From: Chthoniobacteraceae bacterium | GTDB lineage: Bacteria; Verrucomicrobiota; Verrucomicrobiia; Chthoniobacterales; Chthoniobacteraceae | Length of the DNA stretch: 64,000 nucleotides | Assembly: GCA_040081625.1 (NCBI GenBank) | Contig: JBEBGD010000014.1 | Span: 13,051 to 77,050, forward strand | Direction of reading: 5' to 3' | Shown: positions 43,001 through 55,000 of the stretch, piece after piece | Numbering within the stretch: position 1 is the stretch's first letter | Layout of the letters: every line of letters starts with the position of its first letter | Notes under the pieces: model-generated | What the model was told of the DNA's origin: nothing | Database searches by the model: none | The model's input: only the letters and a program-made list of their open reading frames with translations | Position numbers and translations under genes: made by a program

Positions 43001-46000
43001 ATCGTCTCCGTCTTCGGCGCATTCGAGGTATTGAGCTGGAACGTGCCCGACGCGGTGAGGCGGAGGCCGATGTCGTCGAGTTGCTTGAAGTTCCGGAGTT
43101 CCGCGGTGGCGACACCCCAGACGGCCGGTGCGTCGCCGAGGTCGATCACAAAGCGGCCGGCGACCGCCCCCAGCGTGCCGACCACGAACACCCGCAGCTC
43201 GGCGTTGAAGTCGAGCATGATGACCTTCCGCTCGCCGTCGATCGTCAGCTTAATCTCACCGCGAATCTCGACGACCGGATCCTCGATGAACGGAAGCTTC
43301 AGGCCGTAGGAGCCGGAGATCTCGAGCTTGAACGCCTTCGCCTGACTGATGATCTGCAGCGTCTGCGTCGAGGCGGCGCCGGTCGTGCCGCCGGTATCTG
43401 CCCAGCCGCTTGCTTTGAAGATGACTTGCAGCGCGCCGATGTTGAAAGAGCCAGCGAGCGGATAACGCCACGTATTCGTCCCCTCGATCCGGGCCGGCGT
43501 GCCGAGCACCACATTCTCGCCGCCGGCTCCCTTGAGCGTGAATTCGTCGCCGTTGATCGTGGAGGCATCGACCTGGCTCGATCCGACCGGCGTGAACGTG
43601 ATGTCGATGTAGTTCTGATCGTTGAGCGTCTCGCGATCGAAGGTGTCGCCGGGGGCGTGCGACGCGAGCGACGCGCGGCCCGACTGCACCGTGAACGTCT
43701 CGGTCTGCGCGAGGTTCCCCACCATGATCTCGTCCGCGAAGCTGTTCGGCAGGACTTCGACGGTGTAGTTGCCGTCGGCGAGTTTGCCACTGAAGCGGTA
43801 ACGCCAGGAGTTCGTCCCCTCCCCGTTCTCAAGCAGGACACGCTCGGGCGAAGTAAGCGCGATCCCCTTGCCCGCCGCGTCCTTGAGCGTGATTTCGTCG
43901 CCGTCGATGGTGTTCGGATCGATCTTGCTGCCGAGCGGCGCGCGGAAGGTGACCTCGATGTAGCCGCTCGCATTGATGCGGTCGGACCCGATGACCGAAC
44001 CCGTCATCGGACTGTTGAGCGCGGCGACGCTGCCCGCGACGGTGAAGTTCAGCGTGTATTCGACGCTGCCGTATGGATTCGCGTCCGATTCCGTCCAGCC
44101 TTGGCCGGAGCCGTTGGCCGCGAGGAAATGAACGCCCACCTCGCCGACCCCGAACATGCCGTTGATGAAGTAGCGGTAGGTCACTGCGCCGCGTTCGCCG
44201 AACATGCCCGCCGGGGTCATCCGCAACGGCGCGATCGAGCCATCGACGACGACATTATTCGTCGTCGCGCCGAGACCGGTCAGGTCGAACTCCGCGCTGG
44301 CGTCCGTGATCGAGCCCTCGTCGAGGGAATGCATCGACGACGGACTGAACGTGATGTCGATGAAGCTGCGATTGACCGGGCTCGTGATCTCGACCGGCGG
44401 ACTGGTGCCGGGGGAAGCCGACACGCCTTCCGTCCATGAGCCGTCGAGGTAATTGATCGTGACCGCACCACTGGTCGCAAAGCGACCGGTCAGCCAATAC
44501 CGGTAAATCACCGTGCCGACCCCGGTGCCCACCTGCATCGGCGGGTCGTTGCTATTGAGGCGCACCGTGCCGATGCCCGGCCCGGAGAATGCGAACTCCG
44601 GTGCCGCATCCATGATCGAGGCGGCATTCGCGGTGTTCGGGAATGCGACATCCACGAAGTTGCGGCTGTTGAGCGTATTCAGGTCGATGAAGCTGCCCGC
44701 GCCCGGATTGAGCACGATGGCGCTCGCTCCCAGCACGGTGAAGACCGAGACCGTCGGGTCGCTTCCAAGGCCGGGGCTCGTGGTGCCATTGCCCTCGTCG
44801 GCGTCGGCATTCTTAAAGCCTTCGCCGGTCGTCCCATGGTAACCGAGGAAACGCACCTCGACGGTGCCGGTATTGAACGTCGTGAAGGGGCTCTCGAGGA
44901 AGTAGCGGAACCGCGAGACATTCTGGTTGAGAATCTCTGCCTCGATCGCTGCCTGGTCCGCCCCGGTGATGGGCGTGACTACCGTGCTGCCATCGTCCGC
45001 GATCGAGGTCTTCAGCGGCACTGGCACGCCGCCGGTGTGATAAAGCTGACCGTTCGCGAAGACCTGGAGTTCCTCGCCCGCATCGAAGATCGAGCCGTAG
45101 TCGAGCTTCTGACCCGGGGCGAGCTTGAAGCTCACGTCGATATACGGGCCGCTCTGCGCGGTGCCACCGAGAGGAGTCAGGGTCACGAGCGGCCGGTTGT
45201 TGATCGCGCCGATGTCGATCGTGCTGCTGCCCGGATCGAGCAGCACTCCCGTCGGCGCCACGGGCAGTCCGACCGCGCCGCCCGGCGTCAATTCATCGGA
45301 GAAGCCGATGTTCACCGTCTCGCCCGTCACGTCCTGGAAGCTCAGCTTCAGCTTCCCGGAGATGATCTGATCGAAGAAGGCACCGACCGGGCCGGGGATC
45401 GGCGTCACCGCATAGAAGAGGACGGTGACCGAGCCCTTGGCGACGTTCGAGAGGTCGAGGTAGAGCTTGGCCGTAAAGTGTGCCGCGCCACCCGCGAGGA
45501 AGATGTCGCCACCGATGAAGATTTTCCCGTCGGTGCTGATCTTGAATCCAACGATGCCATTGAAGACGACCTCGGGCAGCGCCCGGTGGCCAAAGGTGCC
45601 CGAGCCCGAGATCACCATCGGTTCGGTGAAGGCGGCGAGGAAACCGCTCGTGTTTGGGTCCATCTCGATGCGGCGGTTTTGCCGCACGACCTGCATTCTG
45701 ATCTGATCGAGCCACTGATCCGCCGGGATGCCACCCGCGCTCAGGGAGAATGCCGGTCCCCTGAGGTCTGTGGCCTTTTCGATCGAGGGGAGGGTGCTGA
45801 AGAACTCCACGCCGCCGGAGAAGCTCTTGATGGCAAACCCGGCGGGAGGAATCGTGATCGGCGTGCGGATCGTGAGTTGCACGCCGAGCGGGCCGAGTTC
45901 GGTGAGCGCCAGACGAATCTCGAAGCCGAGACCCGGCGGAACGTCGAACCCGCCCTCGAGGCCGAGGAAGAAGATGCGCTTGGCCACCTGCGCTTCGGGC

Positions 46001-49000
46001 GCGAGCGACGAGAGGATGTTCCCCGTCGAGTCGAGCCGCAGGATGCCGCCGATCAAACTCGCGTTGATCTTGCCGATCCCAAAGAACGGACCGCCCACGC
46101 TCACCCCGAGCGAGTCAATGCCGATGATCGGGAACTCACCGTTGATCAGCTTCTGCACGTCGATTTTGATGCCCTCGACGAAGCCCGAGAAGTTCAGGCC
46201 CTTCAGCCCGTGGATGCCCGTGACCGCGGCTGAAAGGGTGAGCACGAAATTGCCCGGCTCCTGCTCGATGCCGTTCGGCCAGGTGATGCCGATCTCCGTG
46301 ATGCGAACCGGCAGCCACTTCGGCCACTTGAAGGTGTCGCCCGTGGCCGCGCCGATGCCGATGGCGATGCCAAAGCCGGGCAGCGACTTGAAGGAGCCGT
46401 CGCCGAGGATCGCAAAGTTTCGGCCTTCGCCACTGAGCACCAGCCCGCCGATGTTCACTTCCGCTCCGGCCGCGCCGACTCGCAGCAGCTCTTCCTTGCC
46501 GACCGCTCCCGTGTCGAGCCGCACGTCGCCCGCGGTTAGCGTGACGACGCTGCCGATCGTCACCCGCAGCGTGTCGATGTCGAACTTGAACGCGTTGATC
46601 TTCCCATTGCTGAACGTCAGCGTCGCCCGCAGCGCCTCCGTATCCGGCGAACCCGGCAGATCCTTGCCCGGCTCGGCGGTGAGTCGGTCCGTGACGACCA
46701 CCGAGAAGCTGCCGCCGATCATCAGCTTCGCCCCGCCGCTCGCGATGAAGATCGACCCGTTGAAGACCACCGGATTCTCCGCGTCGAAGTTGACCGAGAG
46801 GTTCGTGACGCCGACGCGGATGTCGTCGAACTCGAGCACACTGCCGAAGCGAATCTTCGTCGTCGCCGGCGCCGGTTGGCCGGTCGAAGTGATCGGGGTC
46901 GCCTGCGTGGGGATCGTTCCGGTGGTCACCGGGACGCCGCCGAACTGCAGGATGGCCTGGCCGATCGTGAAGCCATTCTGGCGGACGACGAGTCCGGGGA
47001 TGATTGTGGGCGGTCCGCGCACGGGCGTCTTGCCCAGCGGAGTCGGGTCCGTTGACATTTCCGCATTGGTGGGCGCGCGATTCTGCTGCGTGCTCGTGTC
47101 AAAGGGACGCAGCTTCGCGATGATGTTCAGCGGGATGATCGTCACGTCAGCCTGATAGACGCGGAGGATTTCCTGGGTCCGCGCGCCCATCGGGTCGTAG
47201 GCGATGCGGATGCCCTGCGCGGCGATCGTCAGCACGTTCGGCACGGTCACATTGAGCGAGTTGACCGCGAAGCTGAACTTGCCGGGCACGTTGATGTCCA
47301 CCTTGCCACCAAGCAGGCCAAAGACATCGACTGCCACGTCGAAGGCGCCATGCACGCCGAGCAGGTCCGCGGTGATGCCGCTGCTGCTCTGCTGCGACGA
47401 GGTTCCCGAGCTGGGCGGCGGCGGTGCGGGCTGGCCGGACGGCGCGACCGGCGCGGCTCCGCCGAAGGCGAGCGACGCGCGGTCCACGCCGATGCCGATG
47501 GTGATCACGACCTTGCCGTCCTTGAAGCCGAGTTTGTCGATCCCGATGGCCGGGCCTTGCAGGGTGAGCGGGCCGATCTTGATCGGCGCCCCCTCGGGCC
47601 GCTCGCCCGGCACTGGCGCCGCGAGCGTGAAGCGCTCCTGCTTCGGTGAGTTTACTGCGCCGTCCTTCGTGCGGACGCCCCAGAATGCTTCCACCGGGAT
47701 GCTCGGGTTCGGCGCGACAAAATTGACGAGCACCTCCGTCGGCGCGCCGCTCGTGCTCCCGGCGAAGAGGCCGATCGCGTTGTTCGGGTTCGAGTCCTTC
47801 AGGTAGTAGCGGTAGGTCGTGCCCGAGATGAGCAGCGGCGGGCCGACGAGTTCGGGGAAGCCATTCGCGTCCACCTTGATGTCGGCGACACCCGTGCCCG
47901 ACAGCTTGAACTCATTCCCATCGATCGTGCTCGTGTCGATCGGGCTGCCGTCCTGCGAGGTGAAGGTCACGTCGATCCACTGCCGCGCATTGATGCCGGT
48001 GAGGCTCACGCTGCCGACCGGGTTCACGAGCTGCGCGCTCGCGCCGGCGACGCTTCCCGGCGCCTTGGTGCCGTCCAGATAGCTGAAGGCGAACGGCAGA
48101 TACGCGATCTCGACATTCGCACCGGCCGGGATCGTGCCCGTGTAGGAGTAGCGATACGTTTTACCGGCGACGACCGTGGAGATCGGATCGGCGCTCACGG
48201 TCACGCCGGGAATCGGCGCGCCATTCACACGCAACGCAATCTCCGCCAGTCCATCGGTGATCGACGCATCGGTGATCGGCGAACTGCCGACGCGGAAAAA
48301 GGTCACGTCGATCGTCTTCGCCGTCGTATTGATCGCCGTGGTCGGCACGACCTTCGACACGGCCACAAAAGTCTCGGTCCGCGCCAGTGCCGCGACGCCA
48401 TTCACGTCGGCGAATCCATTCGCCGTGAAGGTCAGCGTCACCGCTCCCGGGTTCAGGGTGCCGGTGAAGGTGTAGCGCCAGAGGTCCGGGTTTGCCACGG
48501 CGTCGGGCCGCGTCGGCGCGGTGCTCAGCGTGATGCCCGAGGCGCCGCCATCGACGCTCACGGTGAACTCATTTCCATCGACCGTGTTCGCATTGATCGC
48601 CGCACCCGTCGGCGTCTGAAGGATGACGTCGATGTAGCCCTTCGCATTGATGTCCGCGAGATCGACGAAGCGCGTGCCGGCCGTGAACGACTGCGTCTCC
48701 GCGACGTTCGTGATCCGGGAATTGTCGAGCCACGACTCGGCCAGGAACTCGACCGTCACCGTTCCCTCGGGGATCACGCCGGTGAAGTTGTAGCGCCACA
48801 CGTTCGTGGTGCCGACGCGCTTCGGCACACCGTTGATGACCACACCCGGCGGCAGCATGCCATTCACGCGCAGCACGAATTCCGGCGCGGTGTCCTCGAT
48901 GGAGCTGGCGATGAAGCCCTTCCGGTTCGGGTCGTTGAACTGGACGTCGATGTAGCCGCGCCGGTTCAGCGCCGCGCGATCGGCGAGCGAGCCGGCGACG

Positions 49001-52000
49001 GGGTTGAACAGATCGGCCGTGAGCGGCTGGATCGATGCCGGCACGCCGGGGAACGTGATCGACTGGCCGAAGATCGACGCGCCATTGACGCGCAGCGTCT
49101 GCAACTGGAAGCCCTCGGCCTGGCTGATCGTGAAGATCGCCGAACCGGAGATCGAAAACGCCTGCTGGCCATCGATGTTGATCAGCAGCGTCGCGGGCTG
49201 CGTCTCGCTCGTGCCGGTGACCCCGACCTGCAGCGTGCCGTTCGGCTTCTTCGCGAAGGTGATGCGCCCGATCAGCGAGAAGACGTCGCCGACCTTGAAG
49301 GTGAGGTCGCCGCGGAAGTCCACCACGTCGCTGGTCGTCGTGAACTTATCCAACGTGATCGGCGTTTCGCCAGGCACCGAGATGGTCGTCGTGATCGGGA
49401 TCGCCACGCCGGAGTTGTTGAAGTCGATGGTCGCCACCCCGATGACCTCGAGGCCCTCGACACCGACGACCTTCACCGTGCCCTCGGCGTGCAGCGCGTA
49501 GCGCGTCGTGCCGCCGATGGAGAACCGGATGAGCCCCAGCCGCGCATTCGTGAGCAGCACGCCCACCGCATCCGGGTTCACCATGCCGTCGTCGAGGAGA
49601 TACGGTCCCTTGCCGAGGAAGATCTCGAGACCCGCCGCGCCCACGGCGCCGGTCGCACCGGTGAGGCCGGCCGGCGGGCTGCCAAAGCTCAGGCTGCCCT
49701 CGATGCTCACGAAGTCGCCGAGCGTGATCTTCAGGTCTTCGAGCAGGAGCTGGAAGAACGCGCGGCCCGAGGTCTTCACCTCCTGCGCGGTGAACTTGAT
49801 CGCGATGGTGCGGCCGTTGATCTCGATCATCTCGTCGATCGGCATCGTCGAGGTGTTGAACCGCACGCCGGCGGTCACGCCGACCTCGACCCCCGGGAAG
49901 GTCGCATCCACGCGTCCAGTCACCTGCCCCGCGACGCCGCCGGGCGTGATCACGAGCACCGCGCCGGCATCGCGGAGCTTCAGCGTGCCGTCGTCCGCGA
50001 GACCATCGACATTCACGTCCAGCGCAGCGAACCGCGTCACCTTCGTGCCGTTCGGCCGCGTGCTCTGGTCGATGTAGAATGAACCCGACAGGGTGATCCC
50101 GGCGAACGCCGCCGTCGCCTCGGTGAACGCCACGCGCACATACGGCCCTGCCGGCACATTGATGCGGGTCGTCACGCCATTGAGCATGAACGTCTGATTC
50201 ACGTCCGCGCGCAGCGTATTCAGCGCAAAGCCGACCGTGCCCGAGAGCGTGAAGTTCGGGATCGTCACCGTGGCCTTCACCGAGAGCTGCGCCGCGAGCC
50301 CGCCCGGAAGCAGCACCAGCGCGCCATTGCCTTCGGTCAGCGAAACGAGCGGCGTGCCGTCATCGCCATTGAAGACGAGCGAGACATTCGTCGCGACGAT
50401 CCGCACGACCTGCTGCGCCGCCGGTGTGGTGATGCGCTCGAAGGCGAAGTTGCCGCTCAGCGTCGTGCCCATCACCGTCAGCATCACGTCCGTCGCCTCG
50501 ACGCGGAGGTAAGGCCCGGCGGGGAGCGCGAGCGTATTCAAGCCGGCGCCGGTGAGCACATCCGGCTGGGTCGTCTGGCCGGTGGCGACGCCGCTGAGGC
50601 CGAGGATGCCCACCGCACCGAGCCCGTTCAGGCCGGCAACGGTGAGGCGCTTGCCGGCGCTGATCGTCGAGCTGTCGGTGATGCGGATCTTGTCGCCGAC
50701 GAGCGTCGCCACGACCTTGCTGGTGCCGGTGTTCGCCGCGTTGTTGTTGATGCGGTCGAGGATGCCCTGGATCGTCGTCACCCCGGCGAGGTTCACGTTC
50801 CACGTCACACCGTCGCGGCGGGTGATCTTGAGGTGCGCGTCGTTTTGCTGTGTCGCGGCGAAGCCCGTCGTCGCCGCCTGGCCCGAGGCGGTGAGCGCGA
50901 GCGAGGTGATCGTCGGGTCGATCACGCGCAGGCGCAGGTTCGTGCCGGCGAGTTCCGCGCGCACCTTCGAGCCGATGCCCGCGACGCCGAGCGCCGAGTT
51001 GAAGTCGGCCACGAGGTCCGCCGCCTTCGCGTTGTTCGCCATGTCGGCGGCGAGCACCGTCACAGGCGTCGGCGTGCCATTGAGGCTCACGGTGAAGGTC
51101 ACGTTGGTCGCATACTTGCCGTTCGCCGGCGCGGCCTTCGTAGCGGTCAGCGTCAGCTCGATCGGGAAGCCGTCGCCGCCCTTGAGGCTCGCGAGCGGCG
51201 AAGTGACCGTCACCGGCGTCTGCGCGGGCAGCGGAAGATTCACGTCGGCGTTCGTGTTGTTGATCCGCAGGCGGAAGGTGCCGCTCAGGCTCACATCCGG
51301 CACGTTGTTGATCGCCACGTCCGCGCCGATCTCGCCCGCGAGGCCCGCATTCGTGATGACGAATGAGCCGCTGCCATTTGTGAGGCTCACGAACTCCGTC
51401 GTCCCGTCGCCGAGCGACAGGCGGACGTTCGCGGCCATGATGCGGATCGTCGTGTTCGGCGCGGTGCCCGACTTCTCGAACGAGAAGTCACCGCCCAGCG
51501 TCTGCCCGCCGATGACCATCTCCACGTTCGTGCCGCTGACCTTTACAAAAGGTCCGCCGGGCACATCGACGGTGAATTCGTTCAGCGCCGCGCCGGTGAT
51601 GACTCCCGTCGCCGTGCTCTGCGCGATGCCGAGCACCGATGCCACTGAGGAGCTGTTCAGCGCCGCCACGCTGAACGGCGTCGCGCCGGTCGTCGTGTCG
51701 GTGAGCTTGAGCGCGTTGCCGTCGATGGTCGCCATCTCCGTGCCGGCAGCCGTGTTGATCGCGGTCACGAGATCGCCCAGCGTCGTCGCGCCGAGCAGGT
51801 TCACGTCGAAGGTCGAGCCGTCCCGCTGGGTGACGCGCAGGTGCGGCCCGTTCGATCCGATCGCGACGCCGAGTCCGCCGCGCAGGTTGGTCAGCAGCAC
51901 GTCGCTGTTTACCGCGCCGACCGTGAAGGTGGTCGCCGGCGGATCGGCGATGCCCGTATTGAGCGCCACGCCGAATGTCCCGCGGAAGTCCACGCCGGGC

Positions 52001-55000
52001 ACGTTCAGCACGACCGTCGCGCTGAAGCTGCCGAACAACTGCGTCGCCGCGCCGACCTTCTTCACCACCAGACCGCCGCGCCCATTCGTCACGCGCACGA
52101 AGTCCGTCGTGCCGTTGCCGAGACGCAGGCCCGCGTTTGCAACGGCGATGGTCATGATGTTCACCGGCGCCGCCACGGTCCCGACGTTCTTCTTCTCAAA
52201 GCTGAAGTCACCCGTGAGCTCCTGGCCCGCGATGCTCACGGTGATCTGCGCCGCATCCACGCGCAGGTATGGCCCGGCGGGCAGCACGAGCGTCGTCGTC
52301 TCGCCGCCGACGCTGAAGCGCTCGCTCACCGGTGCGGTCGTGTTGTTGATCGAGAGCGTAAGTGTGCCGGAGAAGAGCGGCGCGTTCATCGGGTCGCCGT
52401 CCACGTCGATCGTGACCATGCCCGTGATCTGGCCGGCGATGCCGCCCGCGACCGCCGGCTTCGCGGGAGTCGTCGCCGTCGCCGCCTGCGCCGCGATGGC
52501 CGGGCGCACCACGAGGAGCGCGCCGCCATTGGCGAGCGTGAGGAAGTTCGTCGTGCCGTCGCCGAACGCGAGACTCACGTTGCTCGCGGCGATGCGCATG
52601 ATCTTCGCCGTCGGCGACACCGTGATCTGCTCGAAGCTGAAGCTGCCCGTGATCGTCTGGTCCGCGATCGTCAGCGCGACCGGCGTGAGGCGTCCGAGTT
52701 CGACGCGGAGGAACGGACCCATCGGCAGGTCCAGCGTGATCGAACTGGTCGCGCCGGTCGGGATCGTCGCCTGCACCCGGGCGTTCGTGTTATTGATGAG
52801 CACGTCCACTCCACCGGTGAAGCTGATGCCGGGGATCGTGATCGCGACCTGCGCGCTGAACTGCCCCGCGAGCCCGGCCGGCGTGATGAGGAAGGCGCCC
52901 GTGCCCTGCGTGATCGCGAGGTATTCGGTCGAACCGTCGCCGATATGCACCTCCACGCTGTCGAAGCCGAGTCGGACGATCTTCTTCGCGGGCATCATGC
53001 CGGCCGCCGGGATCGTCACCTGCTCGAACGCGAAATTGCCCTGCAATGTCTGGCCGGCGACGCTCAGCATCACGTCGTCGCCCGTGATCCGCAGGTAAGG
53101 CCCGGCCGGCAGGTTGAACGTCTCCGGCGGAACCGTCACGAGCTGCGCGCCGATCCGTGCGTTGCCGCTCGCCGTGGTGCCGGTGAGGAGCTTGAGGTCG
53201 GCGGCGGCCGTGAAGCCATTGAGGGCCGTGACCGTCGGCGCGGTCGCGCCTGCGCCATTGTCCTGGATCTTGATGCGTCCATCCGCGGTCAGGCTCGCCA
53301 CGACTGGCAGCGCCGTCGGCGTCACCGCGGCAGCCGCGGCGTTGATCTTCGCGACGACTTCGCCAAGCGTCAGCGCGCCGCCGAGATTCACATCGAATGA
53401 GCCGCCCGCCCCGCTGCGCGTGATGCGCAGGTGCGCGTCGCCCTGCTGGGTGCCGGCGAAGCCCATCACGCCCACGATGCCCGAGGAGAACGCGGTGACC
53501 GTAGCGTCGATCACGCGGAACTCGATCGACGCGCCGACTTCAAACGCCTGCACCTTCGAGCCGAGGCCCGCGGTGCCGAGGGCGCTGTTGAGCGCGTTCT
53601 TGAGCTGCGTGTTGGTCGTGTTCGCAGCCTGGCTCGGCAGCGACACGGTGGTCGTGGTGGTGACTGAAGTCGTCACGGCACCGACGGCCATCGGCGCGGT
53701 CAGCGTGAAGCTGAAGGCCGCCGCCACGCCGCCATTCCACTTCCCACCGGCCGGCGTCGCGTCGATGAGCTGCACGATCGTCGAAAGCAGCGGCCCGGTC
53801 GCGGGAACCGTGAAGCCTTCCGTCGTCGAGGCGGTGATCGAGAACTCCGTGACCGTCGCGTCAATGACGCGGAACCGCAGCTTGGTGTCGGCGAATTCCG
53901 CGACGACCCGCGAGTTGATCCCGATGTTTGTCAGCGCGGCATTCCAGTCATCCACGAGCGCCTGCAGCTTGTCCGTGGCGAGCGCGTTGTCGGTCTGCGC
54001 GGCTGCCGGGACCGAGACGAGCACCGGCGCGCCGTTGATGGAGAAGGTGAGCGCCACCGCGCCGCTCGAGTATTGGCCGTTCGCCGGGATATTCGTCGTG
54101 CCGGTGATCGCGCGTCCGCTTGCCCCGAGGCCGAAGAGCGCGCTGATGCTCAGCGAGCGCACGCTCGGGTCGATGACGTTGAAGACCACCGTCCCGGCGG
54201 AAAGGGAGGCGTCGAGCTTGGTGGAGAGCCCGGCGAGTTCCAGCGCCGTGTCGATGTCCGAGAGCAGCGCCGCCGGGGCCAGGTTGTCCGCCTGCGCTTC
54301 GGGCGTGATGACGACCGACTTCGCGACGCCGTTGATGGTCACCAGGAAGACCACCTGCGGCGCGGAGTTACCCGTGAGCGGATCGACAAAGCGCCCTGCA
54401 GCCGGCGGCACCGCCGCGCTCGTGAGGCGGATCGGGTTGTTCACGCCCGAGCCGGCGTTCAGCAGCGTGAGCACCGTCCCGCCGTCGAGCGTCGAGAAGG
54501 TCAGGACTTCGTTCACCGCGTTCGCGCCGGTATTGATCGTGAGGCCGAAGGTGCCCTGGAACGTCACACCCGGCACATTCAGCGTCACCGTGCCGCCGAG
54601 CGTGCCGGCCATCGACGCGGGCACCGCGGGCGTCATTCCCACAGCCGGCTTCGCGGGCAGCAGGATGAAGAATCCGAAGCCGCCATCGAGCGTGACGATC
54701 GGTGTCGTGCCGTCGCCGATCTCGATGTGGATGTTGTCGAGCTTGATGCGCGTCTGCTTGGTCTGCGCGCCAGTGCCCGGATCGGTCATCGTGATCGTCT
54801 CGAAGGCGAAGTCGCCGCTCAGCGTCTGCCCCGCGACGCTCAGGTTGATGCTCGTGCCTTCGACGCGCAGATACGGCCCCGCGGGCAGGCTCACCGTGAT
54901 CGTCTCGGTGCCGGCGGTGAAGGTCTCGTTCACCGGCCGCGCGGAGGTATTGATGCTCAGCCCGAATGTGCCCTGGAACGAAACGCCAGCCGGCAGATTG

